A DNA stretch of 64,000 nucleotides, taken from assembly GCA_051362555.1 (NCBI GenBank), contig CM120641.1:2356001-2420000 (forward strand), written 5' to 3'. Positions 47,526-60,100 of this stretch are shown piece by piece. A program made the position numbers and the translations under genes. Origin of the DNA: Lingula anatina (taxonomy: Eukaryota; Animalia; Brachiopoda). The notes beneath the pieces were generated by a model that had not been told where the DNA came from, searched no databases, and saw only the letters and a list, made by a program, of their open reading frames with translations. Positions within the stretch are counted from its first letter, which is position 1, and each line of letters starts with the position of its first letter.

Positions 47526-50500
47526 CACATGTTAGGATCATGTAAAAAGATAGGAAATGGCTCCTTCATTAATTTGAACCAACAGGAAATAACCCTTTTT
47601 ACAAATATACACAGAAAAATCTGCTTAAAAATTTAAAGTGTTTAAGTCCTGGATAAATTTTCTGAAAGTTGTAAGTGAAAAATGAAGATAAGCCATATGG
47701 GGGTTGTTCATCCAAAGTGAGTGACATGACAATGTTAAGGTGACTGTCTTGTAGCTATATATGTATAGGTACCCATTGCATGCTTGTATACATTATCATT
47801 ACCATGCTATGAGGCCAAATTTTTCATTTCCGTCCAGCAAAACTAAATGGATAGTACAGGAAAATCATTTTGAGTGGTAAATTTCAGTCCATGATGACTT
47901 GATTTGTAAAATTGTTGAGATAAACACATTGCATGTTTGTTCAATTTAGATTATTCCTGTATGAGAAAATTTGAATGCATGGGTCTTAGATCTGACCTAC
48001 AGAGACCTGCTTTGTGGCTTAATTTATGGTGTCAAAATGGAAAAAATGCTTATAGCCATATAAAGTGTTGGCCAAGTGTGAAAAAGTCACCTCCTGAAGT
48101 TAGGCAAGTGCAAAAGTTTTTTAAAAAAAATTTAAATTGTTATACTTAAAACAAATGGCCCTCTGGGAACCATGAATGCAAGATGAAAATCTCATTGAAC
48201 CAGGATCGAAAGCTTAATGAGAATTTGTTTATTCTGACCACTTCAACACACTCCCTTTTTCACAGCAGGACACATTCCGAACAAACTTTCAATATTTGTA
48301 TTTTTGATTTAATCAGCTCTTCTGTGGGGGATTGGTAACTTTACTATCACTCTAAACTGGAGACAGTTGGGAAGATTTTATCAACAGGCAAGCAGAACTG
48401 ATTGACATAGTGTATATAATACTCCTTCTGGGTGGTAGCTATGCATCATGTATTACAGTAGTGTGGATAGGTACCCAGGCATGTACTAGTACCAGTACAC
48501 TGTTCATATCAATCCACGTGGCTATTTCTCAGGAGATCAGAATCCGCTTGGGTTGATTCATGTAGCAATTAAGCAATGGATTGCTTGATAACCTGTTGTA
48601 GGTTAATTTTAAAACATTTGTGTCATCCAAGTCTGTGAAATAAAGAGTCCTTTTTACATCATAAACAAGGCAATTGAGGGAGTACAGTATTAACTACTCT
48701 GTACCTATACTAAGGAGATTGTGCATTTATGCTTATGGAGACAGTTACTTTGTTATATGATCATCATAAAAGGTCTTAATTGATTCAGAATTCATGTACT
48801 GGAGTTAATTGTGACGGAGCCAACCCTGTTAGCATAACCACAATAATATACAGTGTATTTGACTTCTATGTAAAAGACTTAAGTGGACACTTTTGGATCC
48901 ACATTCTAGCAGAAAGCAACAAGAAATTGATATACATCAGCCATACACAAGACGGATAATTATACATTCTGAAATTGGCATCTATTGTTTTTTTCTGATC
49001 CTTATCATCAATAATTGTTTGTACCTGTACATGTTAGTGATCAGTGTAAATACAGTAAGTTTAGGAAGATGAGGCCAAGTACAAGTAGCACTTATTTTTT
49101 TATATAACAAGCCAGATAATGATACATATGTATCATTGTATGGGGCACTCTGCCAAAAATGGCAGGTAACGCTATATGCCTACAGTTAATTCACTGGTTA
49201 CTATCCCATTACTGAAGATAATCAGGGTGGGGGAAGTATTTGAATTAGTTTAATACCTTGAGGTAGTGGATTCTTTAGTTATGATTTCACACAGTCAGCC
49301 ACAGTCTGGCAGTATAGTTGATACGGTATATTTTATATAGGACTCAACTTTCCATGTGCTTTTGAAGTACATTTGAATATAAAGCATGTATTTTACCTGA
49401 AGGTTTTAAAGGTTTAAGCCATGTAATTAATGAATGTCAGGACCCTGTTGAATCCTACAAAATCAGTTCAATATTGCAAATCTAATACTTTCCAATGGTG
49501 GAAAAGTTAAACAAAGTGTCTCCATTTTGCCGGTACATTCTGCTACAGGCGCTAAACCATTTAAACTGTAGGCCTGGAAGTGTGGCAACATTTCATATGT
49601 ACGTAGAGCCCAAGGCTAACTTTCAGAATGCAAATGTGAAGTTTTATAGCAGGTGTTTGGTATGCAATTGTCTAGAGATAACTAAATAACACACAACACA
49701 GAACAGGGGTCTTCATAACTGGTTCAGCTCTCACCCTCTAAGCATGGACAGATTTTTGGGGTGGAGAAAGCCAAACAAGTGGAAAGTGGTAATTTATTTA
49801 ATTGAAATCATCTGAGACTATTAACTTTAAATTGAATTCATTTGTGATTAACATTAAGGTCAATAGAAGGTGATGGTTAAATTTAATTAAGTTCTTTTAA
49901 GTAGGTTAAGAGACTGTGCCTTCTCCCCAATAGATACTCTCTGGGGTATGAGGTAAATTGTCCATTAAAGGGCAGTCAGGTACACAATAGGGTCAAACAG
50001 CCATGGTAAATTGGCCTTGGAAGCATAAATGACCCGAGGTCGCGGTGATTATGGCCCAGCTGTCCTGTGATCTTATTGTGACTGATACCAGCTAATGTTA
50101 ACTTGGAAAATTTATTGACCGGTGGAGTTTGTCAACATGCAAGTTTGAATAAAGCAAAGGTTCGGTCCTTTAACAGTTTGACAGAGGTACATGTGCTGGA
50201 GTTGATGTACTTCTGTTTGTGGCCTCTCTGTACATTAAGCAGGTGAGATGATAAGGGACGGAATCAGCTAGATATCATCAGCTAGGCCAGTCAGCTTGGT
50301 GGAAGGCACACTGTATCTCACGGACCAGTTGTGGTGTTGTCTGAGAATGTTATTCTTCCCTTGTATGATGTGAAAAAAAAACAGGATTTGAAATATGAAG
50401 AGGTTATTTATTTTTAAAGATTTCATTGTTTTGTTTGAATGGCAGTATTTATCTTTCATTGTTTGATTAGGGGCAAGATGAGGGTTACAAGAGCACAGTG

Positions 50501-53500
50501 TTACCATCAAGTTCCAAAGTCTGAAAAACATTTTTTTTCTACTGTATGAACTTCAATCTGTTACAAAATAAGTGCATATATTATCTTGTGGATAACATAT
50601 GTGAGTAAGTGTAGGAATTGTGTCATTAATGAATGAATACAGCTATTTTGTATTCAATTGAATGTTTCCTTTTAGCAAAACTGCATTTTCATATTTGGAT
50701 TGAATATGTGCTATTTTAGAGATTACACAACATTGAAGATTTATTTGTTGGTGGTTTGGTGATTATTTAAATTTCATGTAATTAACCTTCAGAAACTTTT
50801 TTTCAGCATCCTGGGCACTATCGCCATGACAGAATAGGGCATCCTCCACAAAATGGTTATCGTGACTATGGTCGATACAGTTACCATGACAACCAAGCTC
50901 AGTATCTAGCTCCTGACGGAAGGCGTTATGTTTATGGCCCCCCGAATCAGCCTAGTCACAAGAGGCACAAATTACCAAAATCAGACATAGAAGATGCCCG
51001 TTATCAGTCACAACCAGCTATTCACTTAGGTGGACCAGCAGATCAGCATCGATACTCCCAGGTAGACCAATATGCAAGTTTTGACCGTAAACCATACTAT
51101 TACTCACACACTGATATGCATGCAATGGATAGGAGAAATGATCTGTACTGGCACCAGGCTGGTCTCCTTCCACCTGTAGATAGTAAAACAGCCACCAAGA
51201 GATCTCATCCTTTATCAAGTGATTCAGATATGGATAGTAGTGCAAAACGTTTGTGGCCACAGGATCAGCGTGGTGGGATTCCTCCACCAAAACCACCCAG
51301 GCTGAAAGAGCATAATCCATCATCACCAGCAGCTTATCGAAGGGAAGATAAATCACCATCTCCGTCCATGAAGAGAAGGTTTCAATCACCTTCGCCAACT
51401 CGCCATGGTGACAGAAGGTCACCCAGTGGACGACCTCCTTCTCCAAAGCGAGGCCAGGTGCCCAGGAGCCGCAGTGCCGATATCAAAGAAAAAATGGATA
51501 AATTTGCTGAATTACAACGGCGGCGACGTGAATTAGACACTGCTTCAGATGAGGCAGCACCAGCATACCGTCGAGGTCCACCTCAACCCTATCATCCAGG
51601 TCCACCAGATCCCAGCATGCCTGATAACTACTATCACCCCTCAAGTCCATATCATAACTACTGGAAGCAACACCAGTACATTGATACTGACTCAGAGTTT
51701 GAGGAGGTGCTTAGACATAACATGGACTACAACATAAGGTATGGTGCTGATGGATATGGGTATAGACCACCAGTGAGGAGGAGGGAAGATGAGTATGTTC
51801 ATCTGAGGCCACAGAGTTATCCAGCCTCGGCCAGGCCTGGGGAATTACCTCATGAGAGAATGTATAGACCTGAAACAGATTTGGAGGCCCCACCCAGACC
51901 ACCCCCACCAAGATACCCACCAGATGCTACCTGGGAGAGGGGTGGCGAGCCCCCTTACAGAGGTCATGTGGCCCGTTCACATGACTCAGATGACATTTTA
52001 TTTGATGATTATAAAAAACAGCTGCAGGAGTTTCAGGCCATTCATAAAGCAGAGATGGGACCTTATGTGCAATTAGAGAACAAGGAGAACCAATATTATG
52101 GTTATCAGCCTGCTGCTTCCAGTCAGAGGTCACTTAACTTGACAGATGATCCTCCTGAAATCAATTATCAAAAAGAACTGGAGTTATTCCAAGAGAGTCA
52201 AAGACAGCAGAAACAGTCCCCTGGTTCAAAAAATTATGATGATCCTTATTCATCTGAATTTCAGTCAAGGCCACTCTCTTCTGAAGACCCAAGAGCAGAA
52301 TTATATAGCAAACCTAATAAATTCAGAAAATCAGGATTACCTGATCCAAGACAAATGCCCCTAGGGGAACTTAGTGTAGCTATTCCTGGAGAGTTACCAC
52401 CCACTTCAGAGGAAAGAGAAAACCAGTATCCTTTGGAAACAGCAAGATCCTTTGATCAAATGGATTATGTAGAAACTACACCAAAAACTAAAGGAAGAAG
52501 CAGGGATAGCTATACATATTCAGTCAATCCCCCGCCAGAAGACCTTAGAAGCCCTCAGCAGCTGGATTTTGTTGAATCTCTTGATGATTTTCCATCACGC
52601 TCCCAGGAGATTCTTGTCGTAGATAGGGAAGGGGAGTTGTACACATATGTGGAAGATGGTTCTGAAGATCACGGAAAGCTTCTTCCTGTACATACAAGGC
52701 AAAAGAGCATGTATGTGTATGATCCATCAGAAGGAGGAAAAGGAACCCATAGAGTACACCCAAAGAACAGACATCATAGGGATCCCTCAAATGTTGGAGA
52801 ACTAGACCATACTTATCACAGTAGGAGTGAAAGTGAAGCTGAAATGCAGCGTATTTGGCATTACAATCTTGTGTTTGGTGACGAATCAAAATCAGAGCCT
52901 CCACACCAGAATGGGAATCACAGTCCTTTTCAGCCAATCAAACATGACCGTGATGGTTCCATCATTGAGATTCAGTCTCCCAGCCAGCAAGCCGTCAAAC
53001 CTCAACAGATGTATGCTCAGAAGGTAAGACCTGTGCAATCAGAAGGTTATTCTGGACCTATCTATGTATTGGCAGCCAATAAGAATCAGGGGGAGATGCC
53101 ACCTGAGAAAAAAGAATCGTCAAGAAAGGTGTTTCAGTCGCCAAAACCAGCTGCCAAAGTGCCTTTGCAGTCCTCTGAACCTAAGCAAACTTCTAAGGAT
53201 TTGGGTGTGTCTAAATCAAAAGAACCTGTCCAAGAGGTAGACAAGAGCAAAGAACTAGCCAGAGAGAACCAAGAACCAGATGAGGTCCCTCGAGTTAATA
53301 TTGCACAGATTAAAGCAAGTCTCATGATGGCAGCTGCACACAAAGACAATGTATCTGATGCCATTGATAGTTTCAGGAAACTACCAGATGTTGAAGAACA
53401 AGTGTTCCAAATAAAATCAGGAAATATAAGCCATAAGCAAAAAGAAACTGAAAAGGAAAGACCTGTGCCTAAACCAAGAATCTCAGTTGTTAAAATGTCC

Positions 53501-55495
53501 CCTGCAGATACATCTGACAAGAAACCTTCCAATCATTCAACTGGTGCCACAAGTTCAGCAACAAAAGAAGCTCAAAAATTAAAGCTTATGAAGTCAAATG
53601 TGCCAAAGTCTGAACAGTCTAGTCAGAAGGAAAGGAAGCCAACTTCTCCCATTGAAGTTGCAAGTAAAAAGATTGACTCCATTATATTTGGCCCTTCGAA
53701 TCTAAAACACAGAGCCAAGGTATCGGATGCCTTGACAGAACTTGAAGAAATGTATGACAATCTTGATCTGAATAATGATGCTATTTTAGATGGTGCTGCC
53801 AGAAGAGATTACGTCCCCTTCAGAAGTCCGGACAATTTAGCTGGATCTGATTCAGGGTCAGGATCTGCAAAATCAAACCTCTCTGCATCTAATTTACAAA
53901 AACATCAAACAAAAACTGAACCAGCAAATCAGGGTTCTGGTAATCTGGAGTATACTAAAAAATGGCTCTCTGATGACGAGGTGAAGGCCACAGAGTCCAG
54001 ACATGACAGTGGGTATGCAGAGCAAGAGGACATAAGCCCCAGAGGGGATGTCCAAGGAAACATGGTGTTCATAAAACCCATGCCTAGAAAGGCAATGGAG
54101 AACTCTAGTGATGATAACAGTAACAAGCCTCAGAGCAGATCTGGGAGCTACTTGTCTTTACCCTCTGGGGTGTCACCCAGTGTATCTCAAGACAGTTTAT
54201 CTCAGAGATCACGCGGAGGATCTCCAAGAGCGAGAGCAGTTGTTGCTGATGCAGTTTTCGATGACATGAGTTACAGGAATGCTCAACGATCAAACACTGC
54301 TCAAGTGGAATGCCCGTCACCTAATACTCCTTCTCCAACTTCGGCCGATTATTTACGACCACGTCACACAGAGCCTGCTAGAGCACGCATGCGTCTTAGA
54401 CCAGAACGAGAACCAGATGTTCACCATGATGACTTAGCATATCGCAGATTGCGTAGGGATGTGTCCCCAGTACAAGCAAAGCTACCAAGATCAAAATCAT
54501 CAAATAAGCCAGTGGTTTATGAAAGTAGCCTTAGAACAAGGTCTTCTTCATTGGGGGAAATTTCTTATAATGTGACAAAAGAGAAACCACCAAGGCCAAA
54601 TAGTGGTAACTTTGAGAACAAAGAAAAGAAGAAGTTTGAACCCAAAAAACCTTCTGGAACAGGGGTGGCCATGATGATAGAACTGTTTAACCAACCAAAT
54701 GCATCAAAAAGTCTTCCTGATTTGACAGATCAGTCCATGTATAATGTTGAGTTGAATTCTTATGGCGACATTGTGTCAGATGAGGGCACAAAAGAAACAC
54801 TTATTCAGAAAGAGACTCATAAATCAGTACTCACTATGGCACCATTAAAAACTCAGACCCCTCGCACTGTCAAACAGCGCAATGAAAAACGAACGAAGCT
54901 CATTAAAATGCACCAGTCAAAATCAGAAGAAAAATCTGAAGATGATGGGTTTGATCCAAAGCAGTACAAGTGGCTTGTACTGATGAATGCTCCACGCAAT
55001 CCTGTTCATCCATGGCGAAGGTTGAGAGAATCCAGTCCTCTCAATAGTAGAACAGAAAGTAAAGAAAGCATCAGTTCTGTTGGATCAGAGGGATCACATG
55101 GTAAGATGATGTCACATGAAATGAGGGAGGGGCTTCCTCGCTCTTCAAAAACTTTTCTCAAGTTCAATGGGCCCCAGTATGACAGCTGCTCCTCAGATGA
55201 CGAGATTCTCTCTGAATATGACAACACTCGCAGGGTCTCTCTTAGGGTACGTTCTCACAGTACATCTGATCTAGGTGCTGACGATGGGAGTGAAACACAC
55301 CAGAGCTTATTTGAGCTGGTGCAGCTTTTTGAAGCCAAAATGAAAGCCCAGCGCCAAGCGTTCCGTAAAGAGATCAACCCAAGGGATGCACGCAGTCTGA
55401 GGCAGATGTATGGTTCTGATCCAAGTCTGACCAACAAACGCAGTAAGCAAGGTAGTGTACGATTTCGCTCAGTTTTGCACGTGCACATTCAGTAG
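45991..55495 (+). CDS. Large, mostly disordered protein, possibly LMO7/LIMCH1/Smallish-like; exons 45991-46065 and 50807-55495 (may splice out near 55443 to exons not seen)
   Basis: The 1459-aa ORF stays open upstream to a strong acceptor tttttttcAG at 50805-50806 (phase 0). An upstream phase-0 exon MGNQGGKPEDSRLQKPASKASVHRR ends in GTAAGT. Motifs VFDDMSYRN, PDVHHDDLAYRRLRRD and ALTELEEMYDNL recall LMO7-family repeats. Coding status is strong; the family call is weak. Confidence 0.75.
47485..47525. repeat. (GT)n microsatellite followed by poly-G
   Basis: Directly visible. Confidence 0.9.
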
Positions 55496-56933
55496 CTTGC
55501 AGCGAGGGCTAATTGGATTTACCCTAAATTTTAACCTGTTACTGTCATGCAGTATTGTTATTATTTTGAAAAAAATTAAGCACGTTTTTTGATGCATGAA
55601 AATGATGTTTGGGGTTGTTCATTATGGGCATTTGATGTAAAGAGAGCATAATCTGCACTATAACCAATCACCAATTAAGGTTGCACTTTTTTCTCTAACC
55701 ATTACCAAGTGGCTAACTGGGACACATTCAGATAACCAAAATGAAAAAAACGATAGGATTGTTTTACAACTTTATCTTATTCTACAAATCAACTCAATAA
55801 TTAAGAATTTTATAAATCTGTTAAGTTATGATGCCAGACTTCAACAAATGGGCAGCTCTTTTTAAGTAACAGATGTTTAAAAAACTTGAACAATAAACAT
55901 TATTTTCCTACCCTTTCTTTGATTTAAAGCACCATGTATCTGCAACACAAAGGGTGAAATTTATTATTTTTTTTTTTGGTATGTTGATATAAATAAAAAA
56001 GGAAAGAAGAGTATCAAAACATGCTTGCAAAAGTTTTTTTTTCACAATTGCCGAATTACTAAGATAAGGGATGATGTACACTCCCATTTTAGAACACTTT
56101 ATTACATTTTAAAGAAATATTAAAACAGTATTGTGTTTACATATGGGTTAGGTGACTTCATATTATTATTAATAGGAATGCCTTGTTAAATGATTTACCC
56201 TAAGACAACACTATGATAGCTGGTGAACACTTAATATTTGAGTGGAAATAGAAAAGAGTACTTGAATTTTATACAGTGTACCGGTAGAGTGTATAAGTCT
56301 TATTTTTGATAGATGAATAGTTATTGTTAATGTCGAGTATTAATCTTCAATACAGTGATGACTATTGTAAATCTTGCTTATCTTGGACTGCGTCTCTCTG
56401 TATTAGCATACTCGTTAACTTGGTATGGTGGGGTATCATGCATACTGCTCATATGGCTTACTTCCTTAACCATACATTATTTCCAGTTTTAACCCTTTAT
56501 TATTTCCCAGTATATGCTTGCATGCCTAAGGAATTGAAGACTGTACATTTTGTTTATTTCATTGTCAGCTTATCATGTGAAGCTAATGGTTTTTATGACA
56601 AGTTATTTATTGAATTTTCTTTTGGAAATATTTTTCTTTGCACGTAAACATTTGGTTACTAATCCCCTCTTTGTGAACAAGGAGTTTATAATTGATGGAA
56701 GTTTACAATTGTTTCTACTTATCTGCATTCAGTATGAGGCCTGTAGCCTTCTGTTTAAAATGGGAGGGGGTCTCTTTCTAAAAATGTGGACCCCTTTACC
56801 CCCTTAGTTGACCCAACTTTGGAAATGGCATAGAATATGGATCAAATTTTGATTAAGAGCAGACCTTTTTTGCCAAAAGGGTGATTCTTTTGACTCTCCC
56901 CCCAAACACCCTTGACTACAGACCCGAGTCTAA

Positions 56934-57191
56934 GGCTTCGTTCACATGGAATGTCTATTTTCTAAAAATCTATTTTCTATTCGCGCTACTTTATGATCAC
57001 GGTCTGTGCTCTGAATATCCCGCCGCGTAATTACTGGCAGCGCGAGCCAGTTACTTGTAGTAACTTATAGTAACTGGCTCGCGCTGCCAGTAATTACGCC
57101 GCGGGATATTCAGGGCACAGACCGTGATCATAAGACATACCGCGAATAGAAAATAGAATTTAAAAAATATACATTGCATGTGAATGAAGTC
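56934..57191. mobile_element. Near-fully palindromic Harbinger-like MITE
   Basis: Arms of about 120 bp: GGCTTCGTTCACATG...GCGAGCCAGTTAC / GTAACTGGCTCGC...CATGTGAATGAAGTC. Flanks TAA / TAT (imperfect 3-bp TSD). Confidence 0.82.
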
Positions 57192-60100
57192 TATGGCTGC
57201 ATTCACAACTAGATGATCCATGGACTAACAGATTGCCTGCAGGGATTACATGACAAGCTTTATAATTGGTCTGCCATATTGGATCTGCCGATATGTTAGT
57301 TTTCAGATCAATTGTGGTTGTGAATGGGGCTTATCAGGGCTAATGAATTTCTGCATGCCTTATTTGGTTCGGTTAACTATATTTTCTAAACCTTCACATC
57401 AAAAATACATAAACAGTCATGACTGTATCTTTTGGGTAACATTTAGTTAACCCGTTTTGTGTTTATGATTCAGATTTTAAATGTTGTGCAAACTTCTGTT
57501 TTACCTATGTCTTTTTTGCCATAAGGTTAAACTAATAGTGCAACTGCTTTATTCAAACAGATGCTTCCCCCTCTAACGTGTGAAAAATGAATTTTTTTCT
57601 TAATTGTTAAATGCCTTAAACTAAGAACAATTCACTGATTTTAAAATATGGCTCCATTTCATTCATAACATCATAATTTTCATAATGATGTTGGACTTTA
57701 CTTAATTGTGTTAATTAAATAAACACTTCATTTAAATAATGTAGTGAAGTTTGTCATGACTTTGATCAAGTGAAAGTGTTTTTTGGGCTCATCGAAATGA
57801 CAGTTGAACTTCTGTTTGAATGTTTGGAAATTAGAAAACACATGAAAAAGATTATTTATAAACTGTACGGAGAATGTACTGCTCCCAACCTGTAGATAAT
57901 AAAAAGTATCCAATTTGGACTTTTTCAGGACGCACCGAGGAAAGACCAACTTAGTTGTTCTCCATATTGATACATATAGAACTAAAATCATTAAAGCAGC
58001 TTTGATGTGGATGATAAGGCTTATTGGAGCTTCAGCACTGGTTAAATAATGTTTTGTTCCATTTCTAATATGGGTTATTTTGCCTTATTGCCTTATATTA
58101 ATACCATTGTATTATGTTTATATTTACTAATTAGTTAAATTACAAGGTGCTGAGCAGCAAAAAGTAATGCAAAACATATATCATCTTTTTTATTTGTGAC
58201 AATAATTTTAAAATCCAATACTCACATTGTACATTTTACAATTATTTTTGATTTGCAATGCAGGAACTATTTACTAGCTAGGTTTTCTCTTTTGTCATAC
58301 ATTTTTTAGAATATATATTCTTTATCTTCAGTTACAATACAGAGAAGCGAGTCTTCATAAGCCTTGATTTTATTTACTTTGTTGAATTTATGACAAACAT
58401 GTTGCTCTCTGTGGATGTGCAGAGATGCCCCTGTTAATTGACAGTGGGTAAAGGAATGATGAGAAGGTATAACCAATGGGATATGAATATAAGGTAGAAT
58501 TTGTATGTGTAAACTTCTGATATTTCTGATATGTGAGACTTCATAAACAATGTTGCCTTATTTGGGTTCTTGTTAGTGGTTTCCATATGTATAAAAATTA
58601 ATCAAATTAAACTAAAAGGTTTTAGGAGAGAAGCATGAAAGGGTGTCTTTTTTAATACTGTTAAAGTGACATGATTTTGATGAAAGATGGGAATGTTTCA
58701 GCACACCTTTGTTCAATCATATATTAATACTTATATATATCATGCATGAAAAACTTAATATATATCATTCATTTTACACATTTTTATTTTATATTACTTG
58801 TTTAGTCTTTAAAAAAATATTGGTATGCCAGTAATAATAATATACTGTTAAATGTACATATGCTCATTATTAATCAATATGGTAGGAAGTTACAGGTGTA
58901 TTTGCTTTTGCTGTAAGCAATTTTAAGGTCGGTTTTTGATCTGTTATTCTTGATATGAGGTGAAAAGTTAAAAAGGTTCTCAATCCATATCATATATCTA
59001 GTGGGCAAAAATGTATGTCACCTTGCAACAATATCCATTTCCTGGTTTCTCACCCTGGTGCTAATTTTGGTGTATGTTTGTTTGGAGAATAGTTAAAATA
59101 TTTTGGTGCAATATTTGAAGATTGAAATTAAGAAGTGAGATGGAGTTTGTAAATTCTTCTAATTTCATATTCTATCCTGGGGTTCTTAAAGCATGTGCAT
59201 AATTGATACTTTAGCAATTAGATATTTTGGTATGTATTTCTCTGTCTAAATAGTAATTCTGGCTCATGAAGATCATTGCCTTTGAAAGTTTCAGCCATTG
59301 CGATAGTGCAGATTTGAAGTACATCCAAGCACAATCATTGTCATTCAGTGCATGGGACTTGGAAGTTGAGGACTGAGAATACTTTTTCAGCTGTTATTGA
59401 AGTACTTCACTCAATGAAATGTATTGTACTCAGCAGCATTTTTTTATTATTTGCTAATGTATATTCAGATTATTAAAGCTTTGAAACTGAAGATACTTGT
59501 TGTTCTGTTGTATGTATGCCATTGCACCTGTATACATTGAACCTACTATAAAAGCTGTCACCAATTTCCCCAAATATTTAGTTTAGAAAATTTCCTGAAA
59601 ATCCTTTTGCCTTACATCTACTGAATGGAAACCAGCTATGATGTGCTAACATTAGAATAGCTAGATTAATTTATCCTTCAAATTTCTCTCCTTTGCACAT
59701 TTTCAGGCAAAACTATATTCAATAAAATGTAAAGTTCTTCAAAAAATCACATTGTTTTATCTTATTTTCTTATTCATGTTACAGGTGAAAAACTGACAAC
59801 ATTTGCCTTTTGTGAGAAAGTGAAATATTTGTACTTTTTGTGTCTGTTGTTGGATGTAGATGTTTTTACTCAATATTGTGTTGTCTACTTGTATTTTCTT
59901 TTACCTGCTTGTAGTTCATTCACTAGTGCTTACTATGAAGCTAACATTGACCATGCAAAACATTTTTATTTCTCTGTAGAATTTTAGAATTACAATTAAC
60001 ATTTGAATTTTGAGTGAATTTTAATTTCCATAAACTTGAGATGTAGTGTGTAGTGTAGTGTTTAGAATCAAAGTGTAACAGCATGATGGTAGATAGGTGC

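Noticed and set aside
51018-55488. Many short antisense and alternate-frame ORFs over the giant exon (likewise over the NLR and retroviral ORFs)
   Set aside because: Shadow ORFs of real coding sequence with no independent signals.
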